Assembly (NCBI GenBank): GCA_016193335.1
Contig: JACPSK010000003.1
Span: forward strand, 23,739 to 87,738
Direction of reading: 5' to 3'
Source: Candidatus Magasanikiibacteriota bacterium
Lineage (GTDB): Bacteria; Patescibacteriota; Patescibacteriia; Magasanikbacterales; UBA922
Length of the DNA stretch: 64,000 bases
Shown here: positions 28,981 through 38,801 of the stretch, piece by piece
Position numbering within the stretch: position 1 is the stretch's first letter
How the letters are laid out: each line of letters starts with the position of its first letter
Position numbers and translations under genes: made by a program
The notes under the pieces: model-generated
Told to the model about the DNA's origin: nothing
What the model saw: only the letters and a program-made list of their open reading frames with translations
Database searches by the model: none

Positions 28981-29610
28981 ATGATTTCTTTCATTCATGT
29001 AAAGTCCGCCGTAAAAAGGCTGTTTTTTCTATCAGTTTTTTTATTTGTTGCTTTAGTGATTTTTGCCAATGCCCGTGTACTCGGCGATTATTCGGATCTC
29101 ATATATGCGGAGCCAGAAAAGAGTCCCAGCTCTCCATTGGCTTTGGTTTTCGGAGGCGGCATGCGGGGCAAAGGCCTCCAGACAGATATGCAATACGATC
29201 GCGTTAAACAGGGGATTGAACTCTATCATACCAAAAAAATTCAAAAGCTCATGTTTACCGGAGACGATGGCGCCCTGAGAGCAGATGAAATTTCGGCCAT
29301 GAAGCAGATGGCTTTGGACGCCGCTGTGCCGCCACAGGATATTCTCATTGATCCTCACGGATACAGAACATATGAAAGTTGTAGACGGGCTCGTTTTGAG
29401 TACGGTTTGAATGAAGTGATCGCTATTTCTCAGTCTTTTCATCTGCCTCGGATACGATATTTGTGCGAGCATTTTGGGGTTCGCACGATTGGCCTGTCTG
29501 CTGATCTCAGAGATTATGAAGAAGTTTGGACGCCTTATCTGCGTGAGGCGCTTGCTCGCGTGAAGGCTTGGTCCGAACTGTTTCGATATGATGTTACGCA
29601 TCCGCAATGA
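28981..29610 (+). CDS. DUF218 (SanA/ElyC/YdcF-like) membrane-anchored protein
   Basis: N-terminal TM, then LVFGGG...MFTGDDGA...HGYRTYESC pattern typical of DUF218. Confidence 0.55.
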   Translation: MISFIHVKSAVKRLFFLSVFLFVALVIFANARVLGDYSDLIYAEPEKSPSSPLALVFGGGMRGKGLQTDMQYDRVKQGIELYHTKKIQKLMFTGDDGALRADEISAMKQMALDAAVPPQDILIDPHGYRTYESCRRARFEYGLNEVIAISQSFHLPRIRYLCEHFGVRTIGLSADLRDYEEVWTPYLREALARVKAWSELFRYDVTHPQ

Positions 29611-29663
29611 GTTTACGACACCATTTTTTTACTTCAGGCCGTTCATTCATTTGGCTCATCAAA

Positions 29664-29695
29664 TAAAAAAGGACGGATACTCCGTCCTTTTTGCT
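29664..29695. terminator. Bidirectional rho-independent terminator AAAAAAGGACGGATACTCCGTCCTTTTT
   Basis: 7-bp stem GGACGGA/TCCGTCC flanked by an A-run and a T-run, between convergent genes. Confidence 0.65.
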
Positions 29696-29700
29696 TTTTT

Positions 29701-30186
29701 CTATTTTATCTCCACTTCCATCTGTTCGCTGTACGCCGCGCATTCCTTGTCTATCACCACGCAGGCGCGGAGATATTTTTTACCCAAGGGAAGCCCGGTC
29801 CAAGTTTTTTCTTTATACGTTGGTCCGAGTTCATACCAATAGCCTTTGGTTGGCCATTCTGGATTTGCTTCGCTTGATAAGAGCAGGCGATAGCCGTCTG
29901 CGTCATCATCATAACTTTTTGCAGTGAGTAATTCTATTTCAAGAGTCCCATTTCCCACTGCCTCGGCCTTCGTTATTCTGATATCTCCGTTCGCGCTGCT
30001 TGTCCCTCCGGTTGCGGCTTCGGTATTGATAGTAGTGGTGAGCGGATCTGTTTTTGTTTCGGCCGATTTGCTGGCAGCTTTATTTTCCTCGCCATTGTTT
30101 GCGTTAGATCCTCCCTTAACGCATCCGGCTCCGGCAAGCAAGAGAAGTACTGAACATATTCCTAAGACTTTCCAAGTTTTTCTCAT
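29701..30186 (-). CDS. Secreted/lipoprotein-like hypothetical protein
   Basis: Signal peptide MRKTWKVLGICSVLLLLAGAGC followed by a low-complexity T/A/G-rich linker. Confidence 0.45.
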   Translation of the reverse strand: MRKTWKVLGICSVLLLLAGAGCVKGGSNANNGEENKAASKSAETKTDPLTTTINTEAATGGTSSANGDIRITKAEAVGNGTLEIELLTAKSYDDDADGYRLLLSSEANPEWPTKGYWYELGPTYKEKTWTGLPLGKKYLRACVVIDKECAAYSEQMEVEIK

Positions 30187-30342
30187 AAGAAATTTGCTTA
30201 ATAATATATGTATAGTATAGATTTCGGAGATGTTTTAGTCAAATGGGTCATGGATCGATCTTACTTGAGATTGATAGTCCGTTCACATTAATCGACGTAT
30301 GGTGTATACTAGCCTCAATTTAAATAATTTTGGTTTTTATAT

Positions 30343-31956
30343 ATGAAAAACTTTTTGCGTCCATATATTTTAGTTTTTGTTTTTTTGGCACTGTTTTATT
30401 TCATCCAAGAAGCCAATGCAGAAGTAAAACTTCCGTATTATCAGGCCTTAAGCGGGTACGGACAGTATGCCGCTTATGACAAAGGCGGTGATATTTATCT
30501 GTTTGATGCCGAAACAAAAACAGAGAAAAAAATAAATACTCACAATTCATTGAACGGATATGCTGGTATCACTGTTCTGTCCACGGGAGTATTCTGGGGA
30601 GAGGGTGCTGTGGGCGCGGATATTTATAGCTATGATTTTTTAACCCAGAAAACGAGCAAGTTACTCTCAACAACGGCAATAGGGACAATGGAAAAAAAGG
30701 CTGAACTTCGTTCATTTAGGATGTTGTCTCCGACATTTTTTGAGTATCGTCTTTTGCCGGCTGGTTCTGAAGATTCTGTGTATAGCAAAAATAAATATTA
30801 CAATATTGCCAATAAAAAAATTTACGGCCAAACCGATTTTGACGCAAATACGGCGCAAGGCACCAAAACGTACGGGGATGAATTTGAGATATTTAGATTG
30901 AATGCGGGAGAACCGTTTGGCGCGGGGCACATTTATGGTTTTTCCGTAGTTGCCGTAGACGGAGATGAATTGCTTATGTTCGGTTATGGCAATGACAATT
31001 CTGGCACCAAAGAAGGTGAGTATATTGAATACCGCATTCATAATCTAAGCAACGCCAACACACTACAATTTGGGTCTGCCAGCCAAAAAATTCTTTATAC
31101 CAGCTTTATTACCCCAAATAATCAATTTTCGTATACCAATTTTATATTTGGTCTTTCTGGGGATGAAAAAAATGGGACTGAATCATATTATCGTTTGGAT
31201 AGAAAATCGCCATATACATCTGAATTAGTTACTACACTAATTCAGTCTTCAAACAGCGGCTATACACAGGCACAGGCGTACGGAGCAGACTCCTTGGTTT
31301 GGGAGAAGACGAAGGGTTCGGGGATTCATCAATGGTATCGTGTGGATGATAAAAAAACCTGCATTTTGGCAAAATCACTTCCCGTACCGCCTAGCCTTAG
31401 GGTAGTAACTCGTAGTCATTTTTTTTGGCTTGAAGGAAACACAATAAAGGGGCAAAAGCTTGTTTGTCAGGGAGAAAATGTAAGCAATGTTCAAGAAAAT
31501 CAGAACAAAACGGCTGTGACTAAAGACCTTATCAAATCAAGTGCTTCTCCGGCCGTGTATTACTTGGGCGCGGATGGCAAACGTTATGTATTTTTCAATG
31601 CCGATTTATACTTTACCTGGTACAGTGATTTTTCATCCGTCAAAACCATCTCGCCAAATGAACTCAGTAACATCATGATTGGCGGGAATGTCACATACAG
31701 ACCGGGCACATTGGTAAAAATTCAAACTGACCCTCGTGTCTACGCCGTTGATCGCGGTGGAGTTTTGCGTTGGATAAATGGTGAACAAGTGGCTAAATCG
31801 ATTTTTGGATTGAATTGGGCCGCTAAAATAAAAGTAGTGCCCGATTTTCTGTTTACGAATTATCGCTTGGGGGATGCTATTTCTTCAAATAGTGACTTCA
31901 ATTCCGAGCAAGCCGAATCCGGTTCACCTGATATCAATACTGACAAAGGACTATAG
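30343..31956 (+). CDS. Large secreted hypothetical protein (537 aa)
   Basis: Cleavable signal peptide ending ...QEANA. No recognisable catalytic motif. Possible beta-rich repeats. Confidence 0.45.
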   Translation: MKNFLRPYILVFVFLALFYFIQEANAEVKLPYYQALSGYGQYAAYDKGGDIYLFDAETKTEKKINTHNSLNGYAGITVLSTGVFWGEGAVGADIYSYDFLTQKTSKLLSTTAIGTMEKKAELRSFRMLSPTFFEYRLLPAGSEDSVYSKNKYYNIANKKIYGQTDFDANTAQGTKTYGDEFEIFRLNAGEPFGAGHIYGFSVVAVDGDELLMFGYGNDNSGTKEGEYIEYRIHNLSNANTLQFGSASQKILYTSFITPNNQFSYTNFIFGLSGDEKNGTESYYRLDRKSPYTSELVTTLIQSSNSGYTQAQAYGADSLVWEKTKGSGIHQWYRVDDKKTCILAKSLPVPPSLRVVTRSHFFWLEGNTIKGQKLVCQGENVSNVQENQNKTAVTKDLIKSSASPAVYYLGADGKRYVFFNADLYFTWYSDFSSVKTISPNELSNIMIGGNVTYRPGTLVKIQTDPRVYAVDRGGVLRWINGEQVAKSIFGLNWAAKIKVVPDFLFTNYRLGDAISSNSDFNSEQAESGSPDINTDKGL

Positions 31957-32227
31957 GCGAAAGATATATACCGATAAGAGCAGCACGGATTTGTCGGGGG
32001 TCTTGTATTTGCCAACAAAACAGATTTTTAATTTGTTTTCTTTTATTTGATGTCGTGGGTTCCTAGAGCAAGATGATGTCTGCTTTACACTAAGCTCACT
32101 TGATTGACATCGAGTGAGAAAAACGGTATGATCCCCCCTTATTACCCCCTTTTTAGGGGGCTTTTGGGCTATTAACTCATGCCGTCAAGGTGGTTGGAAT
32201 TCTGTAATTTCTACCCTGTAACATACT

Positions 32228-34870
32228 ATGCAAAATAAAATCATTATAAAAGGCGCCCGTGAACATAATCTTAAAAACATCAATCTTGAATTGCCTCGCA
32301 ATAAAATGATTGTGTTTACCGGTCTCTCTGGCTCGGGCAAATCTTCTTTGGCTTTTGACACCATTTTTGCCGAAGGTCAGCGCAGATACATAGAGAGTTT
32401 GTCGGCTTATGCTCGGCAGTTTTTGGGCAATATGCAGAAACCGGACGTGGATGAAATCGAAGGTTTGTCCCCGGGCATTTCCATTGATCAAAAGGCCCAC
32501 GGCGCCAATCCACGTTCCACCGTGGCCACCATTACGGAGATTTATGATTATCTCAGGGTTCTCTTTGCCCGTATCGGACGCCCCTATTGCCCGCTATGCG
32601 GCCAAAAAATAGAGAAAATGGCTGTGGATGAAATTAAAGAACGGATTTTGTCTGATATAGAAATACATGGCCTGAGTTTAGTGAAAAAGAAATCTGAGCG
32701 CGAGTTGATTTTGTTTGCCCCGGTCGTGCGTGGCCGCAAAGGAGAATATTATCAGATGCTGTATGACATGTATAACAGTGGTTTTTTGGAAGTGCGCCTT
32801 GACGGTAGATTTAAAAGTTTGCGAGATAGGATAACTCTCTCAAAGCACAAAAAACACAATATAGATATTGTCATAGACAAGATTCCTCTTGCCGGAGGGC
32901 ATCTGGCATCTCATGATTCATCGCGGCTTGCCGAGGCCATTGAAACGAGTGTGGATTTGTCAAATGGTTTATGTTCCATCATATATCCCGACGGCTTTGA
33001 GCATATTTACAGCACCGAATATTCATGCCCGCGGGATGGCTTCAGTTTTCCTGAGATTGAACCCCGTCTTTTCAGTTTCAACAGTCCATACGGATATTGC
33101 GCATTGTGCACCGGACTAGGGACCAAGGAATTATTCAGTGAAGAAATCTGTCCCAGATGCGAAGGACGTCGTCTTAATGAGAACGCGCTCAGCGTGAAAA
33201 TTAATGAAAAAAATATCTGGGAATTGGTACATCTCAGCATAGACGAGGCTCAGATTTTTTTTGACACCTTGCATGTCATCCTTTCGGCGAAGGAAAAAGA
33301 AATAGCCGGGCCGGCGCTTAGAGAAATTCTCAATCGCTTGAGTTTTATGCACGACGTGGGGCTTCATTATCTTTCTTTGGAACGAAGAGCAGGCACCTTA
33401 TCCGGTGGAGAAGCTCAGCGCATCAGACTGGCTTCCCAAGTTGGCCAGCGCCTGGTGGGCGCCATGTATGTGCTTGATGAGCCAACCATTGGCCTGCACC
33501 AGCGGGATAATGACCAGCTTGTCTCCACCTTGCGCAATCTCTGCGACGCGGGGAACACCATTATCGTGGTGGAGCATGATGAAGATACTATTTTGGTCAG
33601 CGATTGGCTTGTGGACATAGGCCCGGGCGCCGGGTCTCACGGAGGAGAAGTGGTATATTCAGGTCCTTTGGATATCTTGCTGGACAAAGACACGAAAATA
33701 AAAAATGCTCGTTCGGCTCCGGCCACGGTGTTTGATTGCCAGATTGCCGGGAACGCGAAGGAATCGCTTACCGGTAGCTATCTTCGAGGGGACAAGAAGA
33801 TAGAAATTCCCAAACAGCGGCGGAAGGTTGACGCCCGTTCAACTTCATTTTTGAAAATAAAAGGAGCTCGTGAGCACAATTTGAAGAATATAAACGTAGA
33901 CATACCTTTGCGTCGTTTTTTGTGCCTTACCGGTGTGTCCGGATCAGGAAAATCCACGCTCATGAATGATATTTTGTATCGGTCAGTGGCCAATAAACTC
34001 AACCATGTAAACAAACGGGTGGGTGAACATTTGAGCGTGCAAGGCATGGAATATATAGATAAAATTATCCGTATAGATCAAAGCCCCATCGGGCGCACGC
34101 CGCGTTCCAATCCGGCTACCTATACCAAAGCCTATGATTTTATACGCGATCTGTTCTCCGCTACTCCGGAAGCAAGAATTCGCGGCTACAAAAAAGGCAG
34201 ATTCAGCTTCAACAGGCCGGGCGGACGTTGCGAAAATTGCGAAGGACGCGGTTCTCTGGAGATTGAAATGCATTTTTTGCCGAGTGTTGAAATAAGCTGT
34301 GATGTTTGCCGCGGTAAAAGATTCAACCATGAGACCCTTCAGGTGCATTATAATGGTAAAAATATTTTTGACGTTTTGAACATGACTATAGAACAGGCGG
34401 AAGATTTTTTTAAAGATATTCCGCCGATTTATGATAAGCTCAGGGTTCTCAATGAAGTGGGTTTGGATTATCTCACCCTTGGACAGTCTGCCACTACTTT
34501 ATCCGGAGGTGAAGCTCAGCGCATTAAACTCAGCAAAGAATTGGGGAAGAGAGATACTACCAAGACTTTGTATTTACTTGATGAACCCACTACGGGATTG
34601 CATTATGATGATGTGCGCAAATTGGTGGATGTTCTCCAGCGCTTGGTGTCGCGCGGCAACACCGTGATGGTGATAGAACATAATCTGGATCTTATCAAAT
34701 GCGCCGATTGGATCATTGATCTCGGCCCTGAGGGAGGAGACAAGGGAGGAGAATTGCTGAAAGCCGGTACTCCCGAGGAACTTTCTAGATATGCCAAGAG
34801 TTACACAGGACAATATCTCAAAAGATACTTTTATGACTCTTCGTCCGGCACACATAAAAAAACTTCCTGA
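32228..34870 (+). CDS. uvrA: Excinuclease ABC subunit A
   Basis: Two ABC ATPase modules ([18 protein letters not shown]), zinc fingers, LSGGEAQRI signature twice. Confidence 0.95.
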   Translation: MQNKIIIKGAREHNLKNINLELPRNKMIVFTGLSGSGKSSLAFDTIFAEGQRRYIESLSAYARQFLGNMQKPDVDEIEGLSPGISIDQKAHGANPRSTVATITEIYDYLRVLFARIGRPYCPLCGQKIEKMAVDEIKERILSDIEIHGLSLVKKKSERELILFAPVVRGRKGEYYQMLYDMYNSGFLEVRLDGRFKSLRDRITLSKHKKHNIDIVIDKIPLAGGHLASHDSSRLAEAIETSVDLSNGLCSIIYPDGFEHIYSTEYSCPRDGFSFPEIEPRLFSFNSPYGYCALCTGLGTKELFSEEICPRCEGRRLNENALSVKINEKNIWELVHLSIDEAQIFFDTLHVILSAKEKEIAGPALREILNRLSFMHDVGLHYLSLERRAGTLSGGEAQRIRLASQVGQRLVGAMYVLDEPTIGLHQRDNDQLVSTLRNLCDAGNTIIVVEHDEDTILVSDWLVDIGPGAGSHGGEVVYSGPLDILLDKDTKIKNARSAPATVFDCQIAGNAKESLTGSYLRGDKKIEIPKQRRKVDARSTSFLKIKGAREHNLKNINVDIPLRRFLCLTGVSGSGKSTLMNDILYRSVANKLNHVNKRVGEHLSVQGMEYIDKIIRIDQSPIGRTPRSNPATYTKAYDFIRDLFSATPEARIRGYKKGRFSFNRPGGRCENCEGRGSLEIEMHFLPSVEISCDVCRGKRFNHETLQVHYNGKNIFDVLNMTIEQAEDFFKDIPPIYDKLRVLNEVGLDYLTLGQSATTLSGGEAQRIKLSKELGKRDTTKTLYLLDEPTTGLHYDDVRKLVDVLQRLVSRGNTVMVIEHNLDLIKCADWIIDLGPEGGDKGGELLKAGTPEELSRYAKSYTGQYLKRYFYDSSSGTHKKTS

Positions 34871-36101
34871 CGCGCCAGGGATTTATCTTTTTTATAATAC
34901 AAAAGGGATTTTGTTGTATGTGGGAAAGGCGACTTCGCTTCGGGACAGGGTGAACAGTTATTTTATTGGAAAGAGAAAAACATCACGGCCCATTGAAGAG
35001 CTCATTCATCATGTGGCGCGGATCGCGCATAAGCAGACTGATTCGGTGCTTGAGGCAGTGATTCTCGAGGCCAATTATATAAGAAAATATAAACCAAGAT
35101 ACAATGTACTCGGAAAAGACGATAAAAGCTGGAATTACATCGTTATCACAAAAGATCCCTTTCCTCTTGTTGAGACTCTGCGTCAACATGAATTCGTACT
35201 GCTCAAAAGTAAGAATACTAAGGCGTTCAAGCGTCTTGCTTATGTGTTTGGGCCTTATCCGGGTCTCAACTCCAAAGCGGCGATAAAGATTTTGCGCGGC
35301 TTGTTCCGTTTTTCAAACTGCCAAAAATCGTTTTCCCCGCGATACAAAAAGCAAAAATCCTGTCTCTATTATCAGATGGGAGAATGTTTGGGAGTCTGTA
35401 CCGGGGAAATAAGATCACAAGAGTATGCGGAAAGAGTGATTCGTCCTCTCGTCTCTTTTTTGAAGGGGCGCAAAAAATATCTCGTTTTTTCTCTAGAAAA
35501 AAAAATGCGAAGCGCCGCCCGACAACAGGATTTTGAAGAAGCGACTCGGATACGGGATCAGATTGTTTCTCTCAGACGTATTCAGGATATATCCTTGTTG
35601 AATACATATTTTTTCAATGAACCCGCTGGAGAGATCGGTTCTTCATCGATTGAAAGAATCGAGGGATACGATATATCCAATTTGGGATCTGTCGATAAAG
35701 TGGGGAGTATGGTTGTTTTTAATTCTCTTCATGCTTTGAGGTCGGATTATCGTAGATTCAAAATTAAGGGGGTGTCGGGGCAGAACGACCTTGCGTGTCT
35801 GGCTGAAGTTCTGGAACGGAGATTGACCCATGCTGAATGGCCCCTGCCCCATTTATTTTTGGTTGACGGCGGTCTGCCCCAAGTCAATGTAGCATCTCGT
35901 GTATTAAAAAAAAATAAAGTTAGTATCCCCATCATCGGCATAGCCAAAGGACCGGACCGGAAGAAAAATGAATTCATTATCAAAACAAAAGATAGAGAAC
36001 TCATAAAATGGATCGCGGCTCATAAACTTTTGCTTATTCGCGTGCGGGACGAGGCGCATCGCTTTGCCATACAGTACCAAAGAAAGCTGAGACAGATATA
36101 A
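34833..36101 (+). CDS. uvrC: Excinuclease ABC subunit C, short form lacking C-terminal (HhH)2
   Basis: GIY-YIG (GIYLFYN..LYVGKA), Cys-rich region, UVR motif FEEATRIRDQI, RNase H-like endonuclease domain IEGYDISNL. Ends about 150 aa short of typical UvrC. Overlaps the uvrA 3' end. Confidence 0.85.
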   Translation: MTLRPAHIKKLPDAPGIYLFYNTKGILLYVGKATSLRDRVNSYFIGKRKTSRPIEELIHHVARIAHKQTDSVLEAVILEANYIRKYKPRYNVLGKDDKSWNYIVITKDPFPLVETLRQHEFVLLKSKNTKAFKRLAYVFGPYPGLNSKAAIKILRGLFRFSNCQKSFSPRYKKQKSCLYYQMGECLGVCTGEIRSQEYAERVIRPLVSFLKGRKKYLVFSLEKKMRSAARQQDFEEATRIRDQIVSLRRIQDISLLNTYFFNEPAGEIGSSSIERIEGYDISNLGSVDKVGSMVVFNSLHALRSDYRRFKIKGVSGQNDLACLAEVLERRLTHAEWPLPHLFLVDGGLPQVNVASRVLKKNKVSIPIIGIAKGPDRKKNEFIIKTKDRELIKWIAAHKLLLIRVRDEAHRFAIQYQRKLRQI

Positions 36102-36292
36102 TGTTTGATTCTGATCCCCACACTCTGTTTAGATATTATCATTGTCTAAAAATCAAAAATTATACATTTCAAATTTTCTCTTCCATCAAGAAGCCGGTCA
36201 TGCCGGTCTTTTTTTACGTATCTTCATCGGGGCTCATTGTTGGTAAATATTTGGGATGGGGATAAGTATGGTTGTTTGGTATATAAAAGTGG

Positions 36293-36326
36293 TATATAAT
36301 GGATTTGTGTGGGGAAAAGTGGGGAA
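36293..36326 (+). promoter_or_regulatory. Putative mraZ promoter (-10 TATAAT) with GTGGGG direct repeats at 10-bp spacing (MraZ-box-like)
   Basis: GTGGGGAAAAGTGGGGAAAA directly downstream of TATATAAT. MraZ is known to bind TGGGN direct repeats in its own promoter. Confidence 0.4.
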
Positions 36327-36400
36327 AATGCTTGTCTCTCTACTTAATTCATCAAGCTTTGTGAATGCACAGAGCTTAAGTCTTTTTCAGCTTCTTTCCT

Positions 36401-36832
36401 ATGTTTATTGGAGAGTATTCCCACAGTATAGATGAAAAAGGACGTTTGGCAGTGCCAAAGAAATTTCGTCATATCCTCTCAAAAGGCGCGGTCGTTACCA
36501 GGGGTTTGGACAATTGTCTTTTTTTGTACACCCAAGCCGAATGGAAGAAATTGGCTGATAAATTGGCGAATCTGCCTTTTGCCCAGGCAAATACACGAGC
36601 TTTTGCTCGGCTTATGTTGGCCGGAGCCATGGACGTGAAGCCGGATAAACAGGGGAGGATTATGCTTCCGGAATATTTAAGAAATTTTGCGGCTCTTTCC
36701 AAAGAAACCATTGTCGCCGGGTTGTATAATCGTTTGGAAATTTGGGATTCCAAAGCCTGGTCTGAATATACCAAGAAAACCGAGCAAGAAAGCTCAAAGA
36801 TCGCTGAGCAGATGTCTGAGTTGGGTGTTTAA
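36401..36832 (+). CDS. mraZ: Transcriptional regulator MraZ
   Basis: MFIGEYSHSIDEKGRLAVPKKFR..., duplicated SpoVT/AbrB-like halves. 143 aa. Confidence 0.9.
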   Translation: MFIGEYSHSIDEKGRLAVPKKFRHILSKGAVVTRGLDNCLFLYTQAEWKKLADKLANLPFAQANTRAFARLMLAGAMDVKPDKQGRIMLPEYLRNFAALSKETIVAGLYNRLEIWDSKAWSEYTKKTEQESSKIAEQMSELGV

Positions 36833-36860
36833 TTGAAGAGGAGAATTTTTATCCTGAGCT

Positions 36861-37787
36861 ATGAAGCATATCCCGGTTTTACTTGATGAGATTATTTTTT
36901 CCTTGGAGCTCAAGCCTGGCATGAACGTGGTGGACTGTACCATAGGTGATGCGGGGCACGCCGAAGGAATTTTGAAAGTCACGGCTCCACATGGGAGCCT
37001 GCTCGGTATAGACGCAGATCCTGAGAGCCTACTCCGTGCCAAGCAGTTCCTCTATGAGTATGGCCATAGGGTAACGCTTGTACGTAGTAATTTCTCAAAA
37101 TTCTCTTCTATACTCGATGAAGAAAAATTTGGCCCGGTGCATGCCGTGCTTTTGGATCTTGGCTGGTCTACACAGCAGTTTAAAGAACGCGGCAGGGGTT
37201 TCAGCTTTGAAAAGGATGAAGCTTTGGACATGAGATACGACAAGCAATCCACTGAAGAATTTTATGGCATGTCTTGCCCTACCGCGGCCGACCTTTTGAA
37301 TCGATTGGCTGAAAAAGAAATTGCGGATATTTTTAAGAGCTATGGTGAAGAAGCTTTGAACAAAGAGATTGCCGCGGCAGTGCTTGAATATCGCAGAAAT
37401 AAGGAAATCGCTCTTACTGGAGAACTTGTTGACATTATTGGCCGGGTTTATAAAAAAAAATTGGGTTCAAAAAAAGATATACCATGGATAGGCGGGATTC
37501 ATCCGGCAACCAAAGTATTTCAGGCTCTGCGCATTGCCGTGAACCAGGAGTTGACAATGCTCGAACGTGTCTTGCCCCAGGCCATTGACCGATTGGAATC
37601 AAGAGGACGTCTGGCGGTTATTAGCTTTCATTCTTTGGAAGATGGGATCGTGAAACACTTTTTCAAAAGACAGCAGGGCAAGACCCTAAACATAGTATAC
37701 AAAAAGCCAATCCGAGCCTCGGAAGATGAATTAGAAAGAAATCCATCTGCCAGGTCGGCAAAACTGAGAGTAGCTGAAAAATTATGA
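36861..37787 (+). CDS. rsmH: 16S rRNA (cytosine1402-N4)-methyltransferase RsmH (MraW)
   Basis: HIPVLLDEI..VDCTIGDAGHA...DLGWSTQQ signature. Confidence 0.9.
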   Translation: MKHIPVLLDEIIFSLELKPGMNVVDCTIGDAGHAEGILKVTAPHGSLLGIDADPESLLRAKQFLYEYGHRVTLVRSNFSKFSSILDEEKFGPVHAVLLDLGWSTQQFKERGRGFSFEKDEALDMRYDKQSTEEFYGMSCPTAADLLNRLAEKEIADIFKSYGEEALNKEIAAAVLEYRRNKEIALTGELVDIIGRVYKKKLGSKKDIPWIGGIHPATKVFQALRIAVNQELTMLERVLPQAIDRLESRGRLAVISFHSLEDGIVKHFFKRQQGKTLNIVYKKPIRASEDELERNPSARSAKLRVAEKL

Positions 37788-38128
37788 ATGCTTATCTGAA
37801 AAAAAAGACTACCTTGCGTGAAAAAAAGATGCGCCTCAAGCGTTTCATGTATAGCGTCTCTTTTAGAGTAAGCATTCTGTTTTGTGTTTTTGTTTTTTCT
37901 TTTTTCTATATTTGGCAGACAAATTCTGTTTCAACTAAAGGATATGAAATGAGCGAACTTGAAGAAAATATCCAAGATCTAAGGCGAGAAAATAGAGAAA
38001 TTGAAGTCCGCATAGCAGAGAACACTTCCATGGAGGCCATTCAGCGGCGTTTGAAGAGTATGAATTTGGTGCCGGCGGGTAAGATTGTGTATCTTGTCCA
38101 AAGTAAACCGAGCGTGGCGCAGAGATAG
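37784..38128 (+). CDS. ftsL: FtsL/septum-formation-initiator-like small membrane protein
   Basis: Position after rsmH. Single TM followed by a coiled coil (ELEENIQDLRRENREIEVRIAE). Confidence 0.55.
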   Translation: MNAYLKKKTTLREKKMRLKRFMYSVSFRVSILFCVFVFSFFYIWQTNSVSTKGYEMSELEENIQDLRRENREIEVRIAENTSMEAIQRRLKSMNLVPAGKIVYLVQSKPSVAQR

Positions 38129-38324
38129 TTTGCGCCTTGATAGTATTTTATTTTCTGTCTTTGAATTTTAATGAGAGGGCTTTGATCAGGAAAAGCGGCC
38201 TGACTTCATAATGTTGCTTTATCCACTGAGCTTAGCTCTATGAGTCCTTGTACTCTCTTCGGAGAGTTTTTTATTTTTTCGTTTTTATGATACCATTATA
38301 AGATAAAGAAAAAGGATTTTTTTT

Positions 38325-38678
38325 ATGTTTTTACTTGCCTTGCGGCGTTTGGCTTTTGATGTGCTTATTGATTTTTTTCGTTTTCCTGTCTGGTGGTTTG
38401 GAGGCGGCTTGAAACGAAGTTTTTTATTTTGCCTTGATTTGTTTAAAGTCGCGAATGCCTATCTTGCCCCCGGGCTCTGGCTCGCCAATATATTTGTTCC
38501 CATGTACGGCCAGCGTGACATCCAAGGCAGAATCACCAGTTTTTTTGTGCGGCTGGTAAACGTCATATTCAGAAGTCTTCTCTTGTTTTGTTGGGCTTTA
38601 TTGTGTTTAAGTATTTTTGTGTTATGGATTTTTATTCTGCCTTTTGTATGTTACATGTTTATTATTTCACTCTGGTAG
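38325..38678 (+). CDS. Hypothetical small membrane protein
   Basis: 117 aa, 3-4 hydrophobic segments, no recognisable motif. Confidence 0.35.
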   Translation: MFLLALRRLAFDVLIDFFRFPVWWFGGGLKRSFLFCLDLFKVANAYLAPGLWLANIFVPMYGQRDIQGRITSFFVRLVNVIFRSLLLFCWALLCLSIFVLWIFILPFVCYMFIISLW

Positions 38679-38801
38679 GATCGATTTTTGACATTGAATT
38701 GCCAAACTCCATACCTTGTTTCTCCACTGAAGGCAGCGAGCCTAAATAAGAAAAAATGAGAGAATGGGATTTCCTAATTCAAAGTCTTTAGCTTCCTTGC
38801 T

